Below are positions 9,147-17,835 of a stretch of DNA of 64,000 nucleotides, piece by piece. The notes below the pieces were generated by a model that saw nothing but the letters and a program-made list of their open reading frames with translations, was not told the origin of the DNA and made no database searches. The stretch's first letter is position 1. Each line of letters starts with the position of its first letter. Location of the stretch: the NCBI GenBank assembly GCA_965248395.1, contig OZ252103.1:1486155-1550154 (forward strand). The letters run 5' to 3'. This DNA is from a bacterium (lineage in GTDB: Bacteria; JAAXHH01). The position numbers were made by a program, and so were the translations under genes.

Positions 9147-10820
9147 ATGCCTGAAATGACCGGTTACCGGTATATCGCGGAAATGCTGCACGGCTACGGG
9201 GTAAAAGCCGTTTTCCATGTTCCCTACGTCCTGGACGGCGCCCTCGTTTTGATGGAGAAACTGGGTATCCGTCGTGTCCGGTGCCATTCCGAAAAGGCCG
9301 CGGCGTACATGGCGGACGCCTATGCGCGGGTCTCCCGCGGTCCCGGTATCGCCATGGCGCAGTCCGTGGGCGCGGCCAATCTCGCAGCCGGGCTGCAGGA
9401 CGCCTGGCTCGCGGGTTCGCCGGTCATCGCCTTCACGGGGCGCTGGATGCCCCATTACCTCTACCAACAGGCCTACCAGGAGATCGATCACCGTCCACTC
9501 TACGAACCGGTCACGAAGTTCAATGCCTACGTCGATGATGTGGAACAATTGCCGTTCATGCTGCGTCAGGCTTTTCGCGAGGCCACCTCGGGCGCGCCGC
9601 GACCTGTTCACCTGGACTTCCTGGGACTTGCCGGCGATCTCGCGGCGGCATCGAAACTGGAGGCCGAGGTGACCGTCGAGTCGTCCTTCCGGCGGTATCC
9701 AGCCTTCCGTCCTGAGCCGGAAACCGGCCGCGTAACGGAGGCAGCGCGGCGCATTGCACGGGCAGAACGGCCGGTCCTGGTAGCCGGAGGCGGGGTTTTG
9801 GCATCGGGCGCGCAGGCCGAGGTGGTCCATCTGGCGGAGAAGCTTTCGGTCCCGGTGGCGACCTCTCTCAACGCCAAGGGAACGATCCCCGAGAACCACC
9901 CTCTTTCGGCAGGCGTGGTGGGCACCTATTCCCGCAAATGCGCCAACGAGATCGTAGCCGAGGCGGATCTCGTGGTATTCTTGGGCAGCCACACCGGCGG
10001 CCAGGTCACCCATTTCTGGCAGATCCCCCGGCCGGGAACGCCAACCATACAGATCGACGTGGACCCTTCCCAGATCGGCCGGAATTACCCTGCCGAAGTC
10101 GCCATCCTGGGCGACGCGAAGGTAACTTTGGAGCGCCTCATCGAGGCCGTGGAGCCTGTGCCTGAGAGACCGGTATGGACGGCGAGGGTACGGGAGTTGG
10201 TCGAAGGCTGGCGGGCCGAATTCGACGGGCTGCTCCAGTCCGGCGCAGTGCCGATCCGCCCCGAGCGCCTGTGCCGCGAAATCACCGATTTTCTCCCTTC
10301 AGACGCCATCCTCGTCTCGGACACGGGCCACGCCGGCATATGGACGGGCACCATGATCGAAATCACTGAGCCCGGTCAGACTTATCTCAGGTGTGCCGGT
10401 TCGCTGGGCTGGGCCTTCCCCGCGGCCATGGGCGCGAAGTGCGCAGCGCCCGACAGACCCGTCATCTGTTTTACGGGTGACGGCGGATTCTGGTACCATC
10501 TCGGGGAACTGGAGACGGCGGCCCGGTTCGGTATCAACACCGTGACGGTGATCAACAACAACCGTTCTTTCAACCAGTGCCGGGACGGGTATGAAGGGGC
10601 TCACGGCGGGCGGGACCAGGGGTCGGACGACCTCTGGGTATTCGAGGACGTAAACTTCGCCGAGGTCGCGAAGTCCATGGGCTGCATGGGGATACGCGTG
10701 GAGGATCCGACGGAAATTCGGCCCGCGCTGGAACGGGCTGTTATGGCGGAAGGGCCCGTCGTGGTCGACGTGGCCAGCGACATCGACGCCATGGCGCCGA
10801 CGGCCTATGTGCCGGAATGA
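9147..10820 (+). CDS. thiamine-diphosphate-dependent enzyme (acetolactate synthase large-subunit-like)
   Basis: 557 aa. N-terminal TPP_N-like region, plus the ThDP-binding motif GDGGFWYHLGELETAARFGINTVTVINNN (GDG...NN). AAGGA RBS. Confidence 0.85.
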   Translation: MPEMTGYRYIAEMLHGYGVKAVFHVPYVLDGALVLMEKLGIRRVRCHSEKAAAYMADAYARVSRGPGIAMAQSVGAANLAAGLQDAWLAGSPVIAFTGRWMPHYLYQQAYQEIDHRPLYEPVTKFNAYVDDVEQLPFMLRQAFREATSGAPRPVHLDFLGLAGDLAAASKLEAEVTVESSFRRYPAFRPEPETGRVTEAARRIARAERPVLVAGGGVLASGAQAEVVHLAEKLSVPVATSLNAKGTIPENHPLSAGVVGTYSRKCANEIVAEADLVVFLGSHTGGQVTHFWQIPRPGTPTIQIDVDPSQIGRNYPAEVAILGDAKVTLERLIEAVEPVPERPVWTARVRELVEGWRAEFDGLLQSGAVPIRPERLCREITDFLPSDAILVSDTGHAGIWTGTMIEITEPGQTYLRCAGSLGWAFPAAMGAKCAAPDRPVICFTGDGGFWYHLGELETAARFGINTVTVINNNRSFNQCRDGYEGAHGGRDQGSDDLWVFEDVNFAEVAKSMGCMGIRVEDPTEIRPALERAVMAEGPVVVDVASDIDAMAPTAYVPE

Positions 10821-11206
10821 AGGTGGGCGATTGCCTTTGCTAAACTATGGTCAATCCTTACCAGTCGTAAATTCGTTTTGGCCTCTTGTCTTGTGTTTTC
10901 GTTTTCGATTTTGACAACCGTGCGGATATGGTGTACCTTTGGGAGTGGTTTCTGTTCGAAAAATGGTTAGTACATTCAGATGAGACATGCGTAGTTTCGC
11001 TCAGACTATCCAATCAAATCTATTGTTGAATCGAGATACCTGGCATCGCTCGAATATCAAACGACGCCGAGATACTGGAAGGGAAGCGGTTTAACACGCC
11101 GGGTGTTGTAGGAAGACGGAAGACGGACGAAAAAACCGCGATTCGTTTTCAATATCCCGTAAGCCAATACCTGGTTATTCCGCAATTCGAAGACAGGAGG
11201 TCCACT

Positions 11207-12076
11207 ATGCGCTGTCTGGTATTCGCCCTTGCCATGATCTTTGCCGGATGCTCGACGCATAACCAGCTCGGGCGAGGTGACTCGCGCGGTTCAAGTGCTC
11301 TGCCTGGGCCGGAAACGACGGTGATATGGCTTGACAACCTGGGAGGGTTTCCATCTGTCGGGTACTTCGACGTGCAGACCATCTTCAACGAAACAGACCT
11401 GGGGCACGGCTCTTATGTCCGCATCGCCGCGTTGCAGGTCACTGGGACGTCGCAGAAGGCCCTCCTCGGAGTGTTGCGGTTGAGAGCATCGCAGATGGGG
11501 GCGAACAGGTTGCTCATCGTCAAAGCGGAGGCAAAGAAAGAGGAAGTCTATCTGTATTCCGGACTTGAGAACGTGGCCCGGTTTTTCTCCGGTGAGAAAA
11601 CGGACGCGGATCGGAGAGACGAAGCATACACGCTCAGGATCGACGCGATCGCAATTAGACTAACGGATGATCGGTCAACCGTGTATCGACCCCGTCTAAG
11701 GGATGATCGGTCAACCGTGTATCGACCCCGTCTAAGGGATAATCGGTCAACCGTGTATCGACCCCGTCTAAGGGATAATTGGTCAACCGTGTATCGACCC
11801 CGTCGACCGGATCATCGGCCAACCCTGAAGCCACCCCGTAGACGGGATGATCGGCCAACCGTTAGGCCACCGCCTCCAAAGGATGATCGACCAACCGTTA
11901 GGCCACCGCCTCCAAAGGATGATCAGCCAACCGTTAGGCCACCGCCTCCAAAGGATGATCGGCCAACCGAGAAGCCATCCCGTCCAAAGGATGATCCGTC
12001 AACCGTGAAGCCACCCCCTACAGAGGATGATCGGTCAACCCTGAAGCGACCCCGTCTTAAGACCCATCGACCTTGA
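11207..12076 (+). CDS. lipoprotein with C-terminal Pro/Arg-rich 12-aa tandem repeats
   Basis: AGGAGG RBS. Signal peptide with lipobox (ALAMIFAGC). The C-terminal 132 aa are 11 tandem 12-residue repeats. Confidence 0.7.
   Translation: MRCLVFALAMIFAGCSTHNQLGRGDSRGSSALPGPETTVIWLDNLGGFPSVGYFDVQTIFNETDLGHGSYVRIAALQVTGTSQKALLGVLRLRASQMGANRLLIVKAEAKKEEVYLYSGLENVARFFSGEKTDADRRDEAYTLRIDAIAIRLTDDRSTVYRPRLRDDRSTVYRPRLRDNRSTVYRPRLRDNWSTVYRPRRPDHRPTLKPPRRRDDRPTVRPPPPKDDRPTVRPPPPKDDQPTVRPPPPKDDRPTEKPSRPKDDPSTVKPPPTEDDRSTLKRPRLKTHRP
11666..12061 (+). repeat. 11 x 36-bp in-frame tandem repeat
   Basis: Units encode DDRSTVYRPRLR (x2), DNRSTVYRPRLR, DNWSTVYRPRRP, DHRPTLKPPRRR, DDRPTVRPPPPK (x2), DDQPTVRPPPPK, DDRPTEKPSRPK, DDPSTVKPPPTE and DDRSTLKRPRLK. 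The first copies are nearly identical at DNA level. Confidence 0.9.
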
Positions 12077-12162
12077 AGCGATCCCGTCGACCGAATCATC
12101 TGCAGTAATCAAGGATGAAGTTCTGAATGTAGGTTTGCCGACTTGAAAACCAACGGAGACGT

Positions 12163-13014
12163 TCAAGGTAAGAACCTGGCACTTTCGGCGTCAGGCAGTA
12201 TCCCGCCCTCGTCCCTGGGCAGGACCGAAAGGGGCAACGCGATGGAGGAACCCGCGTCGACCGGGAGCGTGACCCCCGTGATCCAGCGGGACTCCTCGCT
12301 GGCCAGGAAGACGGCCGCGTGGGCCACGTCCCAGGCCGTGCCTTCGGTGCCCAGCGGCGTGGAGTGTCGCCTGAGTTCCCGGTGGGCGTCGGTGAGACCG
12401 GCAGTGAAGGACGCGTGCAGGTGTCCCGGCGCGATGCAATTCACACGAATCCCGTCTCTACCGTGCTGTACCGCCATGTTGATGGTCAGGGCGATGACAC
12501 CGCCCTTGGAAGTTTCGTAGGCGACATTGTAGGACCACCCGCTACGGAAACCGTCGATGGACGCCACGTTGATGATGGAGCCGCCCCCGGTCTCCATCAT
12601 CGCCGGTATGGCATACCGGCTCGCGAGCATCATGGCCTTGATGTTTACTTCCATGATCTCGTCCCAGTGCTCCTCGCGCACGTCCACCACCGTGCCGGGA
12701 TAGCTGAGACCCACGTTGTTGAAGAGGATGTGAATCCCGCCGTACCGGTTTACCGCGGACTCGGTCATGGCCCGGCAGTCCGCCGACCGGGTCACGTCCC
12801 CGGGGAAGACCGACGCCGTACCCCCTTCCTCCTCGATGTCGGCCAGCGTCTTGTTGGCGTTCTCCTCGCTCCGATCCACCAGCAACACCTTCGCGCCTTC
12901 CCGGGCGAGGAGCACGGCGGTCGCCTGTCCCGTACCCGCCACTTCGCTCTGCGTACCCGCGCCGGTCACGATGGCCACCTTGCCGTCCAGCCGGGGCTTG
13001 CTGGAAGTCATCAT
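12163..13014 (-). CDS. SDR-family oxidoreductase
   Basis: Motifs VTGAG..., NNVG and YETSK (YxxxK). I prefer the ATG at 13014, preceded by GAGGAG. This avoids overlap with the upstream SDR stop at 13028. Confidence 0.85.
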   Translation of the reverse strand: MMTSSKPRLDGKVAIVTGAGTQSEVAGTGQATAVLLAREGAKVLLVDRSEENANKTLADIEEEGGTASVFPGDVTRSADCRAMTESAVNRYGGIHILFNNVGLSYPGTVVDVREEHWDEIMEVNIKAMMLASRYAIPAMMETGGGSIINVASIDGFRSGWSYNVAYETSKGGVIALTINMAVQHGRDGIRVNCIAPGHLHASFTAGLTDAHRELRRHSTPLGTEGTAWDVAHAAVFLASEESRWITGVTLPVDAGSSIALPLSVLPRDEGGILPDAESARFLP

Positions 13015-13027
13015 AGCTCCTCGTCCA

Positions 13028-13879
13028 TTAGAAGATCTCGGCGCCACCCGCGACCACCAGGTCCACGGCCGTCAGGTAATCCGATTCCGAAGAGGCCAGA
13101 AACGCGACCGTCTGGGCCACGTCATCGCCCCGTGCCACCCTGCCAAGGGGCGAGGCTTCGATCTTGTCACGAATGAACTGCTCGTGGGCTTCGCTGTCCT
13201 TCCAGGATTTCCCGAGGATGGTCCCGGACGACACGGCCTCGGCGATGTATCCTACCCGTTCCGTATCGACGGCAGTGGGCGACACGGAGTTCACGTTGAT
13301 TCCGTGGGGGCCGAGTTCCTGCGCCAGGGCCTGGGTGAACCGGATGATGGCAGCCTTTGAAGCGCAATATGCGGAGAACCTGGGCCGGCCGATCTTGCCC
13401 GACGTGGATGCGATGCTGATGATCTTGCCGCCCTTACCCCGCTCGATCATGTGGCGCGCCACGGCCCGGCACATGAGGAACACGCCCCGGGCGTTGACGC
13501 TCATCTCCTTGTCCCAGGCTTCCTCCTCCATGTCGACGACGAGGACCCGGTCCTTGCCGGGCAGGGAACCCGCGGCATTCACCAGGATGTCGACGTGCCC
13601 GAATCGGTCGATTCCCCTTCCCACGAGGTTTTCCACCTGGTCCGACTTAGAGACATCGGCCAGGATGGCCTCTGCGTTTCCACCCGCCGCCTCGATTTCG
13701 CCAACCACGGAGGGCAATCCTTCCCAGTCCGCGGAGTCGCCGGGATAGGGGTTTGCGACCAGGTCGCTGACTATTACGTCGGCGCCTTCCCGGGCGAGCC
13801 GCGTGGCCACGGCTCTTCCGATGCCCCGTTCACCCCCCGCTCCTGTCACCAGGGCAGTCTTACCGTGGAGTTTGTACAT
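13028..13879 (-). CDS. SDR-family oxidoreductase
   Basis: Motifs TGAGGERGIG, NAAG and YCASK. GAAGGAA RBS. Confidence 0.85.
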   Translation of the reverse strand: MYKLHGKTALVTGAGGERGIGRAVATRLAREGADVIVSDLVANPYPGDSADWEGLPSVVGEIEAAGGNAEAILADVSKSDQVENLVGRGIDRFGHVDILVNAAGSLPGKDRVLVVDMEEEAWDKEMSVNARGVFLMCRAVARHMIERGKGGKIISIASTSGKIGRPRFSAYCASKAAIIRFTQALAQELGPHGINVNSVSPTAVDTERVGYIAEAVSSGTILGKSWKDSEAHEQFIRDKIEASPLGRVARGDDVAQTVAFLASSESDYLTAVDLVVAGGAEIF

Positions 13880-13900
13880 CGATCGTTCCTTCTGCGCCGG

Positions 13901-14188
13901 CTAAATCGTAAACCGCATTTGCATACCCAAAGCGCGTACAATTCGAATCACAGTGGAGAACGCAGGATTGCCCTCCTCCGATAAGGCTTTGTACAGGCCT
14001 TCCCTGCTCATTCCAATTTCGCGGGCCAGCCAGCTCATGTTACCCGATCGGGCGATATCGTTTAGAGCTGCTCGAATCAGGCTTCCATCACCCGGGTCCT
14101 CTTTCGCACATGCTTCCAGGTAGAGGCGCGCGTCTTCCGGGCTATGCAGGTGCTCCGTAACGTCCCATTTAGTGAAAGACTCGCTCAT
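13901..14188 (-). CDS. higA: HigA-type addiction-module antidote protein (HTH)
   Basis: The sequence ...IRAALNDIARSGNMSWLAREIGMSREGLYKALSEEGNPAFSTVIRIVRALG is typical of antidotes paired with RelE/HigB-like killers. The ATG at 14188 overlaps the toxin stop as ATGA. Confidence 0.8.
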   Translation of the reverse strand: MSESFTKWDVTEHLHSPEDARLYLEACAKEDPGDGSLIRAALNDIARSGNMSWLAREIGMSREGLYKALSEEGNPAFSTVIRIVRALGMQMRFTI

Positions 14189-14481
14189 GTCAGACTCCAT
14201 TCCTCCGCCAGCCTACCAGCGCGTTCAATGTCTCGCCTTTGGCTGTTATTGCTGCCCCCGCAAAGCAAAACAAGTATTAAACCCTCGCGAAGGACATAAA
14301 CTCGGTAACCGGGTCCGTGGTGTACGCGTATCTCGAACAGCCCGCGTCCCAGCGGTCTTATATCCCCGATATTGCCTAAGGATATTCTACGCAACCGCGC
14401 GTTGATACTTGCAACCGCGCTTCGATCAGGCAGGCTGCGTATCCACCGCTTGAACGTAGCACTTTCAATTACTTCAATCAT
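14185..14481 (-). CDS. higB: RelE/ParE-superfamily (HigB-like) toxin
   Basis: Sequence MIEVIESATFKRWIRSL.D..A.A.I..RL.R...GN.GD..P.G.G..E.R...GPGYRVY matches the addiction-module killer pattern. The toxin is encoded upstream of the antitoxin, as in higBA. The track start at 14514 is a TTG inside a TTGACA box. Confidence 0.8.
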   Translation of the reverse strand: MIEVIESATFKRWIRSLPDRSAVASINARLRRISLGNIGDIRPLGRGLFEIRVHHGPGYRVYVLREGLILVLLCGGSNNSQRRDIERAGRLAEEWSLT

Positions 14482-14485
14482 GCGT

Positions 14486-14533
14486 AAATGTAAACTGTAG
14501 TTCACATATGTCAACCGGAATTCCGATTGTCAA
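14486..14533 (-). promoter_or_regulatory. putative higBA promoter/operator
   Basis: Minus strand reads TTGACA(14533-14528)-atCGGAATTCCGg-TTGACA(14514-14509)-N16-TACATT(14492-14487)-tacgc-ATG(14481). A perfect 10-bp palindrome CGGAATTCCG lies at 14516-14525. No SD is present, so the geometry implies a leaderless or near-leaderless mRNA. Confidence 0.4.
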
Positions 14534-14625
14534 AGTGAGGTCATAACTGAAAGACAGCTGCCTTTCAGCAGAATTACATTTACGGAATTAGTGTGATTTC
14601 GCAGTCCGTTCTTGCCCTTTTAAAC

Positions 14626-15513
14626 CTATTCGCCCTCTCTCCGGGGCCGCACCACGGTTTCGCCGTCGTCCTCCACGAGGTGGTGGTGATAGATGTAGGG
14701 CGGTTCCAGCACGGCCCGCTGCGCCTCGGTCAGTTCCGAGACCCAATCGGGCAGGGTGGCTTCGTAGATCCCACCGGCGTAGTGGAGATACTTGGGCGTG
14801 TACCGGTAGAGGGCAATCCTCCGCTCATTCTTTCCGTGCCAGGGCAGGGTGCCGTGGGCGGTGGCCTCGTTGAAGATCACCAGGTCGCCCGCCTTCTGAG
14901 AGATGTGATGGACCAGGTCCTGGTTGGCCTCCCAGGTCAGGATATCCTCCGGGCATTCGAAGTTGGCCTTGTGGCTGCCCGGGATGACGCACAGTCCCCC
15001 CGCGCCGGGGTCCACGTCCGCCAGGGCGTACTGGCAAACGATCAGGCCGGAACGCATCCGCCCGTTGTGATAGTGGTAGTAACGCGACCCGTTGAAAGTT
15101 ACGTTGCCGGATCCGTGAAGCTTGAGTCCCTCGCAGCCCTCCGTCGCAATCAGCACGTCTACGCCGTGGTCGAGTTTCCAGCCTCGGCCGAAGAGGGTGT
15201 TGAGATAGGGTATGATCCTGGGATGGGCCAGGAGATCGCGGAAGGGCCGGCACCACGGCTGCGGCCAGGTAAGCATGTCCGCGTAGTGCCGAAAGGGGGC
15301 GAATCGGCCTTCGAAGGGCCTGCCCCGCCAGTCTCCGCTGAGGGCGTTGGGGCCGTCGTATGACCCCAGGCGGTCGGGATTGGCGTCGAGGGCCTCGTTC
15401 AGCGACCGTACTTCCTCCTCGGTCAGAATGCCACGGATGACGAGAAAACCCTGGAGATCGTACAGGTACTGCTCCTCGTCGCTCATGGTCGAAAAGATCG
15501 ACGCATCGGCCAC
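14626..15513 (-). CDS. PhyH-family (phytanoyl-CoA dioxygenase-like) Fe(II)/2OG oxygenase, atypical
   Basis: PhyH-like core (LIVCQYALADVDPGAGGLCVIPGSH ... FNEATAHGTLPW). The GTG at 15513 follows AAGGAGA plus 5 nt. An alternative ATG lies at 15486. No HxD/E motif is present (see finding). Confidence 0.7.
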   Translation of the reverse strand: MADASIFSTMSDEEQYLYDLQGFLVIRGILTEEEVRSLNEALDANPDRLGSYDGPNALSGDWRGRPFEGRFAPFRHYADMLTWPQPWCRPFRDLLAHPRIIPYLNTLFGRGWKLDHGVDVLIATEGCEGLKLHGSGNVTFNGSRYYHYHNGRMRSGLIVCQYALADVDPGAGGLCVIPGSHKANFECPEDILTWEANQDLVHHISQKAGDLVIFNEATAHGTLPWHGKNERRIALYRYTPKYLHYAGGIYEATLPDWVSELTEAQRAVLEPPYIYHHHLVEDDGETVVRPRREGE

Positions 15514-15747
15514 GGAGATCTCCTTCCCGGTGGTTGTTTTTTTGTTCGTAAAGTGGGTGTATATGCACCACAAGATAGCCTTCCAGGTTCCCCGCGCAAC
15601 GATAAAAACGACCGCCCGAGACCCCTCCGGCAGACACCACAAAATGCCTTGACAGGTATGTTAGTCCCGGTTAACGTCTCGTTGTCCGTTTCCTTGAACG
15701 GGCATAGAATTGTTCCCTTAAAATCAACGCAATACAATCGGGATGCC

Positions 15748-16710
15748 GTGTCCGAAGAAGCCGAAGTACCCGAGCAGATCGAAGCGCAACATCTTGTCCG
15801 TCCGACCGTTCCCGAACTGGATGAAATCCTCGGCGTTCCTTTTAACGTGCTGGACGACGGGTTCATCCGTGTCGTGGACTACATGGGCAGCGATCATTCC
15901 ATCGTGCAGGCCGCCCGTGTTTCCTACGGGGCCGGAACCCGGCAGGTCCACCAGGACCGGGGACTGATCCGCTATCTCATGCGGCATCAGCACACCACCC
16001 CTTTCGAGATGTGCGACATCAAGTTCCATCTCCGGGTGCCCATGGACTGCTGGCGGCAGTGGATCCGTCACCGGACGGCCTCGGTCAACGAGTACAGCAC
16101 CCGGTATTCGCTGGCGATCGACGCGGCGCAGTCCACCTCGCCCGATGCGTGGCGGCTGCAGGCACAGGGCAATCGCCAGGGCAGTAGCGGCTTCGTCGAC
16201 GAAGAACAGGGCGCGCGTTTCACCGCGAGGGAGCGGGAACTCCAGGAGGACGCCCGGACCCGCTACGAAGAACGTATAGAAGCCGGCATCGCCCGGGAAC
16301 AGGCCCGCAAGGACCTGCCGCTGTCCACGTACACCGAAGCTTACTGGAAGGTGAATCTCCTGAACCTGCTTCGGTTTCTGCTCCTTCGCATGGACGATCA
16401 CGCCCAGTGGGAGATCCGGCAGTACGCCCAGGTGATCGGAAACCGCATCGTCTCCGCCTGGTGTCCCGTCGTGTGGCAGGCCTTTCTCGATTACAGCGTC
16501 AATGCCATGCAGTTGACCCACCTGGACTGGGAAATCATCCGGGCGATCCAGGGAGGAGACAGCCAGAAGGTAACGGACCTGGCGGTGAAATACCGTTTCA
16601 TTTCAAAGGCCGGTAACCTTCGCCGCAGCAGGGAGCGGGATGAACTCGAAGCCAAGTTGCAGAAACTGAACATCCCTATCCCCTGGCGATCCGGCGACGG
16701 TACCGGCTAG
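15748..16710 (+). CDS. thyX: FAD-dependent thymidylate synthase ThyX
   Basis: Contains the ThyX signature RHRTASVNEYSTRYS. The start is uncertain. The GTG at 15748 lies just downstream of promoter-like TTGAAC(15694)-N19-TAAAAT(15719). The in-frame ATG at 15658 overlaps a TTGACA box. Confidence 0.85.
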   Translation: MSEEAEVPEQIEAQHLVRPTVPELDEILGVPFNVLDDGFIRVVDYMGSDHSIVQAARVSYGAGTRQVHQDRGLIRYLMRHQHTTPFEMCDIKFHLRVPMDCWRQWIRHRTASVNEYSTRYSLAIDAAQSTSPDAWRLQAQGNRQGSSGFVDEEQGARFTARERELQEDARTRYEERIEAGIAREQARKDLPLSTYTEAYWKVNLLNLLRFLLLRMDDHAQWEIRQYAQVIGNRIVSAWCPVVWQAFLDYSVNAMQLTHLDWEIIRAIQGGDSQKVTDLAVKYRFISKAGNLRRSRERDELEAKLQKLNIPIPWRSGDGTG

Positions 16711-16805
16711 GCCGTCCAGGTCGTCCAGGCCGTCTAGCGCCTCCGGGGTGCGCGGCGGTACGGTCCTCGTCCAGCGGCCGGATACAACCCGATTTGCGGT
16801 AACCG

Positions 16806-17765
16806 ATGACCCGAGGCAGACCGGAGCCCGTCTCCCGCAGGTACGACGTGACAGACGCCCGCGACCGGCTTCGGATCCGCGAGGCGCTGGAGCAACTCGG
16901 CCCGTCGGAGCGCACAACCGAAGCCTGGTGCGACTGGGTGTTCGTTTTCGAGGATGAAGGGGAGCGGCTGGTCCTGAAGCAGTACCAGAAAGGGACGTTG
17001 ATGATACAGGGCAGGGCGGAACACTTGCTCCAGGTGATCCTCCACGTCCTTTCACCCTTTCTGGATGATTCCGCGGAAGCTACCAGGGACGGTACAGGCG
17101 GCGCGAAGACCCGGAACCTGTCCCTGCCCCACATCGGAACGGACGAGTCCGGCAAAGGCGACTATTTCGGTCCGCTGGTGGTCGGCGGCGTCGTGGTCGA
17201 GACCGGGTCCTGGGAAAAACTCTCTGGTCTTGGCATCAGGGATTCCAAGAAACTGGGCGACGCGCGCTGCCGCAAACTGGCATCCGAGATCCGCCAGGTG
17301 TGTGTCGAGCGTTACTACGAAGTAATCATTCCGCCGGAGCGGTACAACACGCTGTACGAGGAATTCAGGCGGGAAGGCAGGAATCTCAACCACCTCCTGG
17401 CCTGGGCCCACGCCCGCGCCATCGAGAGTCTGCTGGATCGTGCTCCCTGTCCACTGGCCGTGGCGGACCAGTTCGGAAACGAGTACTACATTCGATCGCG
17501 CCTCATGAACAAGGGCAGGGGAATCGAGCTGATACAGGAACACAAGGGAGAGCGGTACCTGGCCGTAGCCGCTGCGTCCGTGCTCGCGCGGGACCGTTTC
17601 CTGGAATACATGGACAGGTTGTCCGCCGAGGCCGGCCTGACGCTGCCCAGGGGCGCTGGCGCGCCGGTAGTCGAAGCCGCCCGGAAATACGTGGAACGCC
17701 ACGGGGCGGACCGGCTGGCAGCCGTGGCCAAGTTGCATCACAAAACCACGGCCCGGGTTGTGTAA
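16806..17765 (+). CDS. rnhC: ribonuclease HIII
   Basis: N-terminal TBP-like domain (LVLKQYQKGTLMIQG) and catalytic GTDESGKGDYFGPLVVGG, plus DSKKL. Confidence 0.85.
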   Translation: MTRGRPEPVSRRYDVTDARDRLRIREALEQLGPSERTTEAWCDWVFVFEDEGERLVLKQYQKGTLMIQGRAEHLLQVILHVLSPFLDDSAEATRDGTGGAKTRNLSLPHIGTDESGKGDYFGPLVVGGVVVETGSWEKLSGLGIRDSKKLGDARCRKLASEIRQVCVERYYEVIIPPERYNTLYEEFRREGRNLNHLLAWAHARAIESLLDRAPCPLAVADQFGNEYYIRSRLMNKGRGIELIQEHKGERYLAVAAASVLARDRFLEYMDRLSAEAGLTLPRGAGAPVVEAARKYVERHGADRLAAVAKLHHKTTARVV

Positions 17766-17835
17766 ACGGGTCAAAATTCGTACATATAATAGCAGGTGGA
17801 TTAGCCCAACGTCCTACCAGGGGAGTTCGGCCTGA

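Noticed and set aside
11666-12061. Possible CRISPR array (regular 36-bp repeats); the same question arises for the 16-bp repeats at 30503-30570
   Set aside because: The repeats are directly adjacent with no spacers. The first array is in-frame coding sequence and the second has a 16-bp unit. No cas genes are present in the window.
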